From: a virus
Lineage: Duplodnaviria > Caudoviricetes
Reading direction: 5' to 3' (one strand)
Virus record (IMG/VR): IMGVR_UViG_3300020045_001341
Coordinates: 1-44,843 of that record
Length of the DNA: 44,843 nt
The translations under genes were made by a program, and so were the position numbers. Under the pieces are notes generated by a model. That model saw only the letters and a list, made by a program, of their open reading frames with translations, did not search any database and was not told the origin of the DNA. This document shows, in pieces, positions 37,945-44,843 of the stretch. Position 1 is the stretch's first letter; each line of letters begins with the position of its first letter.

Positions 37945-39019
37945 TTTGGGTTATTCCCCCTCTATATTTAGTTATGTATTTTTTAGAAGCTAAACCATAG
38001 TCTAGGTTAGCTACAACCTTGCCTTCATCTAAGTCTCTTGTATACCTAGTAAGGAAAGCTATTGCTCTTGCGTTGTTGTTAGCATCATTATCGTCTTGTA
38101 AAGCTGAACCTACTATCCAATAAACCATTGCCTTTTCCCAACTAGCAGATAGAGGGAATGCAGTACCTAATGTATCAATATATGGAGGTAAAGATTTATA
38201 CAAAATACGCAAATATTCATTAGGGTTTAGAACAGATGTAACAGTCCCATATCTACCTACTATTCTAAATGGTTTGTTCACTGTACCTACTGCACCTGCT
38301 TGTTCAACAGCTTTTGCAGTGGAGATTTGAACTCCAGTTAAAACTCCAAATACATCTCCACCAGTTTTAAGTGGTATAGAGTCTTGCTCTCTTGGGAATA
38401 TAGCTGTTAACATCCCAAATGGAGTAGTAGGATTAGCTGCATAAATATCTATTGAAATAGTTAAATCTTCAGTTACACCAAATACTGTTTCTACTGGATT
38501 TGAAACAATTCCAAGAAGAGGATTGATAGGCACCTCTACTACATTACCACTCTCAATACCCCATAAGGTTGTAGATGACCAGATACCTAGGCCAGTCCAG
38601 GTATTATCTGCCCAAATACTAGTGGTAAGTACATCTGTCCCTGTTATATCCGTAGGACCAGCTACAAATCTTTTATCTCTAGCTACAATATCAGGCTGAT
38701 TAACTACTTCAATAACTCCAACATTTAGTTGGTGTTTTGTAACATATAATTTATCTGATACATCATATCTACTAAGTAAATCTACTGCTTTGTTATTGTA
38801 CCAAACTGAATTAATTGCCACTAAATCTCTTGGTAATGGATATCTTGTTTGGTATTTAACTAGCTCGAAGAAATGGTCTCCACGATATACATTAGCAAAA
38901 GTATTTATGTCTTTTAAACCATCATTTATAATGTCTAACATTCTTGCATCTGACCAACGCTGAGCTTCTACATCACCTAGTATTCTTCTAGCTTTTAAAA
39001 CTAAATCCGAAATTAGCAT
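37937..39019 (-). CDS. Head-tail adaptor-like protein
   Basis: ARRILGD...RWSD..MLD.INDG and AMVYW....AL..DND motifs. Confidence 0.7.
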   Translation of the reverse strand: MLISDLVLKARRILGDVEAQRWSDARMLDIINDGLKDINTFANVYRGDHFFELVKYQTRYPLPRDLVAINSVWYNNKAVDLLSRYDVSDKLYVTKHQLNVGVIEVVNQPDIVARDKRFVAGPTDITGTDVLTTSIWADNTWTGLGIWSSTTLWGIESGNVVEVPINPLLGIVSNPVETVFGVTEDLTISIDIYAANPTTPFGMLTAIFPREQDSIPLKTGGDVFGVLTGVQISTAKAVEQAGAVGTVNKPFRIVGRYGTVTSVLNPNEYLRILYKSLPPYIDTLGTAFPLSASWEKAMVYWIVGSALQDDNDANNNARAIAFLTRYTRDLDEGKVVANLDYGLASKKYITKYRGGITQND

Positions 39020-39033
39020 GTGAAGTCTCCTAG

Positions 39034-39061
39034 AAAGTAAAGGGGCCTAATAAGACCCCTT
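39034..39061 (-). terminator. Rho-independent terminator after the capsid genes
   Basis: Minus strand AAGGGGTC-ttatta-GGCCCCTT followed by TACTTTC. Confidence 0.7.
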
Positions 39062-39064
39062 ATG

Positions 39065-39511
39065 TTATTTAACGCCGATGTAACTCATTGTAGCTCTGTC
39101 ATAATCTACATACTCAATTACAAACTTAGCTGTTCCAGTTGTTACTGTTCCAGTTAATGCAATTGTAGCTACTACATCAGTAGGAGTAGTAATCAACAAT
39201 GGTAAACCACCTGTTGATGCAGTTAAACCAACTGTTTTACAAGTTGTAGCTGTAAGAACTGCTGTTGCACCGATACTTACTGCGATTGTAGCAGTAGTAG
39301 AGTCAAATGCATTGTCAATTACCAAGTATGCTCTACTAATTACTGACCCAGCAGGAATAGTAATTAGTGTATAGGTACCAGCAGCAGCTAAAACAGCTGC
39401 TGTACCAGTACGTAAATCCTCCGGAGTGATAACTGCAGGAACTACTACAGTAACTGCATTAACTTCTCGTCTTCTATTGTTTTGAAATAAACCTCTTAAA
39501 TCAGTTGCCAT
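39065..39511 (-). CDS. Capsid cement/decoration-like protein
   Basis: T/A/V-rich, IPAGSVI....V...AFDS...G.A..VIEY; directly after the capsid gene. Confidence 0.65.
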   Translation of the reverse strand: MATDLRGLFQNNRRREVNAVTVVVPAVITPEDLRTGTAAVLAAAGTYTLITIPAGSVISRAYLVIDNAFDSTTATIAVSIGATAVLTATTCKTVGLTASTGGLPLLITTPTDVVATIALTGTVTTGTAKFVIEYVDYDRATMSYIGVK

Positions 39512-39521
39512 TAATCACTCC

Positions 39522-40736
39522 TTATAGTGTTGATACATAAGTATCAAAATAAGCTAGGCCGAAAGTCATATTGCTAACCTTAGCTTTTTTGTAGTCTGCA
39601 ACTTCAGGAGTAAGGATAGTTGCTTGAGCATTACCCCACCATTCCATCATACTCTCAGAGTCAATACCAAAGTCATCACTTGACTGGAATTTGTAATCTG
39701 GGTCCATGCCAATTGCTTCACTAAATGCACCAGCACCAATAATAAGACCTCTATCAATAACCTTAGTACCTACTGTAACTTCCGCATCATACGCAGCAGT
39801 ACCTTCAAATTTCTCTACTCCAGCAGCTGTAACCTTAATTCGTCTAAGTCCTGACATCTCAACAATGGACTTACCGAGTTCGTTGTTACCTACTTCATCT
39901 TCTTCACCAAAATATGACGGAGCTTCCATATAAACTGTACTACCTACTTTGCCGATAATACCAGTTAATGCCATATTGTCACGGCCTCTAATATCTGCTT
40001 GTGAAACGATTGTTTGGAATTTTGTATCTAACTTAATATCCGCTGCTTGCTTCGCTGTTAATACAACTAAGAAAGTAGGAGATGGGTTTGCACCATTGTT
40101 AGCACCTGAACCTTGATAAGGTGTCATTGGGCGTCTATCACCACCAATAGTCCAACCTTTACCAGTTTTCATTGCAGTTTCAAGTTTGATAAATTCGTCA
40201 TAACCCATAACATCACCACTAACTAGTGATTGTGAGTTAGCTTTTCCACCCGGTAGGTATGCATGAGTTGGTTTAATACCTCTTAAATAACCTTGACCAA
40301 TGTCAAACCAGAATTGGTCGTTCTGACGAATCCAGTTGTCAGACAATTTTGTACGGGAATCTGTATGCCCATTAATTGATAAGTCACCAATCTCTGTACC
40401 ATCAAACTTATCGCCATTGTTGATTGGGTATCTTAAACGCTCAGCTGTAATCTTGTCTGAGAACTTAAGTTTAACTCCACCAAAGCCATATGCTTTCTCT
40501 TTACCACGTCTAGCAGCACCAGCATAATTACCATCATAATCCATAACAATCGTATGACCTGCATCAGCTGTAGATGTTTGAGATTGTACGATTACTGAAC
40601 TGAGTGATGTACCTTTTAAAGGTGACCAGAATGATTTTGATTGCTCTTGAATTAAGCCTTCTTTCATCCACTTTTGTCTGACTAGCTTAGATTTAATATC
40701 TAGCTTACCAGTTTGACTTTTTGCGATTGGGGGCAT
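39522..40736 (-). CDS. Major capsid protein (N4 gp56/DUF4043-like)
   Basis: 404 aa; AGHTI..DY.GN..G....G.E.A.G....L.F..KI, R..LS.W..R..D and R.LIIGA.A motifs; follows the scaffold gene. Confidence 0.8.
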   Translation of the reverse strand: MPPIAKSQTGKLDIKSKLVRQKWMKEGLIQEQSKSFWSPLKGTSLSSVIVQSQTSTADAGHTIVMDYDGNYAGAARRGKEKAYGFGGVKLKFSDKITAERLRYPINNGDKFDGTEIGDLSINGHTDSRTKLSDNWIRQNDQFWFDIGQGYLRGIKPTHAYLPGGKANSQSLVSGDVMGYDEFIKLETAMKTGKGWTIGGDRRPMTPYQGSGANNGANPSPTFLVVLTAKQAADIKLDTKFQTIVSQADIRGRDNMALTGIIGKVGSTVYMEAPSYFGEEDEVGNNELGKSIVEMSGLRRIKVTAAGVEKFEGTAAYDAEVTVGTKVIDRGLIIGAGAFSEAIGMDPDYKFQSSDDFGIDSESMMEWWGNAQATILTPEVADYKKAKVSNMTFGLAYFDTYVSTL

Positions 40737-40745
40737 GTTCTTTCC

Positions 40746-41450
40746 TTATAAAATTTGATAGGCAGATTTTTGTCTACCATTTGTAATACTACTTCCAGCT
40801 AAATCACTGAGGTTAGTAATATTTAGACTTTCGTCTGTTGGTTTAACTACCTTACCAGTTTTTAGGTATGTAGCCACTTCTTGAAGATAGTCCTCAAAAG
40901 GCATACTATTAATTTTATTCTGTAATCTAGGGGGTATATCGTTTGCCATTACATCGTCTGTAAGAACAATACCTGTCTGTGTTTGAAACTGTGCTAGCAT
41001 CTCAGTACGCTCAGCTAGAGTTAAATCTCTAAGTGCTTTCGTACTTGCTTCAACTAACTGTTCTTCAAGCTGACCATTAAAGTTAGCTTTAGCCTCAGTC
41101 TCATACTGTAGCTTCTTTGCAAACCAAGCATCTGGGTCTGTAAACTTAAGGTCTTCTAGTTCCTCAACCTTTTCTGGAGATAGTTGAGCAGAGTTAGATT
41201 TTACTTTCGCCTCCAGTAATTCCTTCTTGGCTTTTAAATCAGCAATTTCTTGCCTAGACTTAGTAAATGACGCTTGATGTGTTCTTGATTTCTTGGCTTC
41301 TAAAACTAAAGCCTTGAAAAGTGGGTCTACACCTTCATCAAATATTAGTTTGCCTTTATCATCAACCTTGTTGAGTGCCTCGTTAACCTTACTTTCTAGT
41401 GTGGGCTCAACAACTGTATCTTGTTGAGTGTCCATTGGATTTTGGTCCAT
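40746..41450 (-). CDS. Putative scaffolding protein
   Basis: Charged coiled-coil (QASFTKSRQE, LKFTDPDAW) just upstream of the capsid gene. Confidence 0.7.
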   Translation of the reverse strand: MDQNPMDTQQDTVVEPTLESKVNEALNKVDDKGKLIFDEGVDPLFKALVLEAKKSRTHQASFTKSRQEIADLKAKKELLEAKVKSNSAQLSPEKVEELEDLKFTDPDAWFAKKLQYETEAKANFNGQLEEQLVEASTKALRDLTLAERTEMLAQFQTQTGIVLTDDVMANDIPPRLQNKINSMPFEDYLQEVATYLKTGKVVKPTDESLNITNLSDLAGSSITNGRQKSAYQIL

Positions 41451-41475
41451 AGTAATACTCCTTTGATTTTTACAT

Positions 41476-41526
41476 ATTATATCACAGATTTTCTTAATAC
41501 TAGATTAAGAATTTGTATGATATAAT
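41476..41526. promoter_or_regulatory. Back-to-back divergent extended -10 promoters
   Basis: Minus TTAAGA-N7-TGATATAAT (41497-41476) and plus TTAAGA-N7-TGATATAAT (41505-41526). Confidence 0.85.
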
Positions 41527-41557
41527 ATGAAAAATTCATACTTCTGGGGCTTAAACT

Positions 41558-41713
41558 ATGAGAATATGTATATCTATTAAAGATAAAGATAAAGTCGCCT
41601 TAAAAGCCCTCGAGGATATCATAAAAAAGGTTGAGTTAGAGGGTATAAGTCTATCATTCTACATACGCACACTAATCGTAAAGGACATACATGGCAATAC
41701 CAAATCAAGTTAA
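41558..41713 (+). CDS. Ribbon-helix-helix-like small regulator (51 aa)
   Basis: MRICISIKD strand, a helix, then GISLSFYIRTLI; below the track's length cut-off. Confidence 0.55.
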   Translation: MRICISIKDKDKVALKALEDIIKKVELEGISLSFYIRTLIVKDIHGNTKSS

Positions 41714-42197
41714 AATACAAGTCGAGGCAGAGTTAGCCCTAGGTAAAAGAGTACTAGATGTAGCTGAACAATATAATGTACCCTATGCAACTGTATCATC
41801 TTGGGCACGAAATATGCAAGGAAAGAAAGAAGGTGCTCTTATAGACGAGCTTATTGAGGTAGATATTGCCACACTGCAACTAGCTGCCAACAAGATTAAA
41901 GAGACAGCTCCTCCAGTAGTTGTAAAACAGGTTACTAAGCTTGTGGATGGTATTGTAGGCCTACAGCAGTTAGAACCAAAGTTCCTCACTATGGTTGAAA
42001 ACTTACTAGAGAAAGGTAATACACTACTTAATGCAGAAGAGTTAAACATTAAAGACTGGGTACTAATTGCCAATGCAATGGGTAGCCTATATAGTTGTAT
42101 ATTTAACAAGAGTGGTGTTAACGTTAATGTATTAAACCAAACTAATGTAAGTAATGAACGATTATCCATGTTTAAATCTTCTATGAAGGACTCTTAA
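41691..42197 (+). CDS. terS: Terminase small subunit (putative)
   Basis: N-terminal HTH (DVAEQYNVPYATVSSW); TAATG-coupled to terL. Confidence 0.65.
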   Translation: MAIPNQVKIQVEAELALGKRVLDVAEQYNVPYATVSSWARNMQGKKEGALIDELIEVDIATLQLAANKIKETAPPVVVKQVTKLVDGIVGLQQLEPKFLTMVENLLEKGNTLLNAEELNIKDWVLIANAMGSLYSCIFNKSGVNVNVLNQTNVSNERLSMFKSSMKDS

Positions 42198-43804
42198 TGC
42201 AACAATGTGCCTGGTACCTAAAAATACCAAAAGAACAGTTTAAAGACTTGTATCCTAATAGTGATATAAAACTCTTTATGACACAACCTACATCAGACAA
42301 AGAGTTCCTAGAGCTTTACCTTCCCAACAAGTTGTGGAGACTCAACAATATCTATACGATTGTAAACAAAGACGGTATCCGCATCCCATTTGTTATGAAT
42401 AATGCACAGCATAAAGTGTATAGTGCATTACTACAGCATCCACGTATCATCATTCTAAAGTCGCGACAACAAGGCATCTCCACATTTTGGCTTATATGCT
42501 TCTTCGACGACAGCATCTTCATTGAAGACCTCAACATAGGCCTGTTGGCCCAAGGGTTAGATGAGGCCTCCACACTACTAGAGCGTGTAAAACTGGCTTG
42601 GGACACATTCCCAGAGGCAATTCGCGACTTCCTAGCTGTTAGAATAAGCAAAAACAACTCGAAGGAATACTCCTTCAATAACGGGTCTAGCATCTTCATC
42701 CGTACCTCCTTTAGAAGTGCCACCCTGCAGAGACTACATGTTAGTGAACTTGGCAAGATTAGCGCCAAAACCCCTGATAAGGCACGAGAGCTCATGTCTG
42801 GTACGATGCAGGCCATTAAGGCTGGCAACCCAGTAGTGCTAGAGAGTACTGCTGAGGGCCGTAAGAACATGTTCTACAAGATGTGGTATGAAGCTGTAGA
42901 CTTCGTTGGAGCTAGAGGCCCCAAGTCGTTCAAGCCAGTGTTCCTATCGTGGACTGATGACCCAGACTGTGTTATGGCAGTACGCCAAACCCCAACGGCT
43001 GAAGACCTCACCTACTTTGACCTTGTAGAGCGCGACCTGGGTATTACACTAAGTGACGAGCAGAAGTGGTGGAGCACTGCCCAGAGACGTGAACTACCGG
43101 AACTATACGACCAAGAATACCCTTACTCTGCTGAGTCCGCGTTCGCCGCCGTTAGGGATGGCGCCTACTATGCCAACCTATGGAAGAAGAGCGGAAGGGT
43201 TGTGGAAGGTCTTTACGACCCAAACCTGGATATATTCGTAGCTATGGACCTGGGCATGAACGATACAATGGTTCTTGTCTTCTGGCAGGAATACTACATA
43301 AGTGGTGGAGTGCTAGAGATACGCATTGTAAAGTGCTATCGTAATACTGGTGAAGGGTTACGCCACTACTACAATGTAATACGTGATACAAGGTGGAAGA
43401 TTGCGTGCGTCTACCTCCCACACGATGCAAAGGTTAAAGAGCTTGGTACTAATAAGAGTCGTCTAGGCATGTTTAGGGAGATGGGCATGCGTAATACTAA
43501 GCTAGTGGGGCGTACTACAAGTGTTAATAATGATATAGAGTTTGTGCGAAAGTACATTCCTAATATTATATTAAATGGTGATGAAGACTCTGGCTGTGAT
43601 TACCTTGCTGATATGTTCCATAATTATTCGAAGCAGTGGGATGATAAGTTTGGAACTTGGAAAGACAAACCTTTGCATGATGAGTGGTCCAATCCAGCTG
43701 ATGCAGTGCGATACCTTGTTATGGGGCGCTATGCAGGGTCTAGTGGTGCTATACAAGAGAAGCAGGTTGTGAAGAGAAGACCTAGTCGTGGATTGGCTTT
43801 GTAA
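42197..43804 (+). CDS. terL: Terminase large subunit
   Basis: LKSRQQGIST (Walker A), LHVSE (Walker B), ESTAEG, nuclease DLGMND, LPHDA, P.HD.WS..ADA.RY. Confidence 0.95.
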   Translation: MQQCAWYLKIPKEQFKDLYPNSDIKLFMTQPTSDKEFLELYLPNKLWRLNNIYTIVNKDGIRIPFVMNNAQHKVYSALLQHPRIIILKSRQQGISTFWLICFFDDSIFIEDLNIGLLAQGLDEASTLLERVKLAWDTFPEAIRDFLAVRISKNNSKEYSFNNGSSIFIRTSFRSATLQRLHVSELGKISAKTPDKARELMSGTMQAIKAGNPVVLESTAEGRKNMFYKMWYEAVDFVGARGPKSFKPVFLSWTDDPDCVMAVRQTPTAEDLTYFDLVERDLGITLSDEQKWWSTAQRRELPELYDQEYPYSAESAFAAVRDGAYYANLWKKSGRVVEGLYDPNLDIFVAMDLGMNDTMVLVFWQEYYISGGVLEIRIVKCYRNTGEGLRHYYNVIRDTRWKIACVYLPHDAKVKELGTNKSRLGMFREMGMRNTKLVGRTTSVNNDIEFVRKYIPNIILNGDEDSGCDYLADMFHNYSKQWDDKFGTWKDKPLHDEWSNPADAVRYLVMGRYAGSSGAIQEKQVVKRRPSRGLAL

Positions 43805-43815
43805 CTTCTGAGGTA

Positions 43816-43965
43816 TTAACTTAAATTTAATTTTAAATAACATATAAAATTTAGTAGGAATTTTCGGAGGTATTAATCGGATGGTTAACTTAAATTTAAT
43901 TTGATTAGCATGTAAAATTTTAGTAGGAATTTTTCGGAGGTGCATTCGTCACTCTCACACCTCCG
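43816..43965. repeat. Two imperfect ~56-bp direct repeats plus an inverted CGGAGGTG/CACCTCCG pair
   Basis: TTAACTTAAATTTAATTT...TAAAATTT(T)AGTAGGAATTTT(T)CGGAGGT at 43816-43871 and 43885-43941. Confidence 0.85.
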
Positions 43966-44225
43966 CTGAACGACCCTACACCCCTAACAATGCGGTACAG
44001 TCCATAAAGTATCATATATCTTAATCTATTCTTATATAATATATCTAATCAAATATATTTATGACACTTTAATGAATGTTATGAATGACAATACCGATTT
44101 TCATTCATTGATTAATTATAAAATTTAATAAAGATTTAAGAAACTTTATGGTATACGCGCACGCGTTTTCATTTAATATCTATCATCAAAAGAATTTTTC
44201 AAATTAAATTTAATTTAAGAAGATT

Positions 44226-44247
44226 TTAAGATACATTCGTATATAAT
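44226..44247 (+). promoter_or_regulatory. Probable early promoter
   Basis: TTAAGA-N10-TATAAT, with a further upstream TTAAGA. Confidence 0.65.
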
Positions 44248-44303
44248 TTTGGTAAGAAAGAGATAGAAAATCTATCAACTTCTAAAAACACAAGGAGTCT
44301 ATT

Positions 44304-44777
44304 ATGACTAAAGTAGAACTAAGCAAAGCAGTAGCAGCAGTATTAGGTGAGCACAAAGCTCCTAAGAAATTAATTGAAGATTTAAACTCTTTGATGGCAG
44401 ACTATGTTAAGAGTGGTAAAGGCGAGAAGGCTCCAGAATTTATCCGTCAGTTTGAATTTGAGGGTGATATCTACAATTGGTGTGTAAGACACGAGAAATA
44501 TGAGATTGTGTCTAACTTTAACCCTAAAGATATGAACAATTGCCTCCTACACAAACCGAGAATTACAGCATTGACCAAGATTGTGGTAGGTCTACAGAAC
44601 GAGTTGCAAGAAGCAGCCGAAATGGGTGCTGAAAATGTCAAAGAAATTGCGCTTGAGTTGAAAACTGCCAAAGAAGTTAGAGGTTCACGCTATAATATTG
44701 AGCAAGACAAGATAGATTTCCCAGATGTTGCTGGGTATGACTATGAAGCTCTTGTATTCGATACAATCCCTGCATAG
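44304..44777 (+). CDS. Hypothetical early protein, paralog of 10317-10772
   Basis: AAGGAG RBS; WCVRH and CLLH motifs. Confidence 0.8.
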   Translation: MTKVELSKAVAAVLGEHKAPKKLIEDLNSLMADYVKSGKGEKAPEFIRQFEFEGDIYNWCVRHEKYEIVSNFNPKDMNNCLLHKPRITALTKIVVGLQNELQEAAEMGAENVKEIALELKTAKEVRGSRYNIEQDKIDFPDVAGYDYEALVFDTIPA

Positions 44778-44788
44778 TTGACAAAATT

Positions 44789-44820
44789 GGGCATATCATA
44801 CAAAATATGCCCTCTTTCTT
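44789..44820 (+). terminator. Rho-independent terminator
   Basis: GGGCATAT-catacaaa-ATATGCCC followed by TCTTTCTT. Confidence 0.7.
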
Positions 44821-44843
44821 AAGAATTTAAGAAAACTTTAAGA

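Noticed and set aside
43053-43945. Alternative-frame and antisense ORFs within terL and the repeat region
   Set aside because: They overlap a well-supported gene or arise from the direct repeats; no RBS or motifs.

Overview
Near-complete, AT-rich, apparently lytic podovirus-like phage genome. No integrase, RNA polymerase, tRNA, CRISPR array or reverse transcriptase was seen. The host is probably a Campylobacterota bacterium; this is inferred from TTAAGA-N9/10-TATAAT extended -10 promoters, an RpoD-region-4-like peptide and an FSGC lipobox. Layout: (1) a 5'-truncated primase/SF3-helicase on the minus strand (1-1756) joined abruptly to a sigma70 region-4-like gene. (2) A plus-strand early/replication arm (2031-19937) with a DenV-like glycosylase, hexapeptide VNTR protein, SLT, broken DEDD exonuclease, dUTPase, Dda-like helicase, SSB, PolA, radical SAM enzyme, 5'-3' exonuclease, beta-glucosyltransferase-like fusion, T4-gp42-like dCMP hydroxymethylase, SF2 helicase, ligase and VRR-NUC. 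(3) A minus-strand morphogenesis/lysis arm (41450-20000) with an N4-gp56-like capsid, fibres, lysis genes, a cupin-SET fusion, portal and ejection proteins. (4) Divergent RHH-terS-terL genes followed by a repeat-rich probable terminus/origin region. The best candidate for an undescribed system is a compact cytosine-hypermodification cluster (dCMP hydroxymethylase + BGT-like glycosyltransferase fused to a small helical nucleotide-metabolism-type domain + radical SAM enzyme) in a ~45 kb non-T4 phage. All family assignments come from motif recognition by eye; no searches were run.
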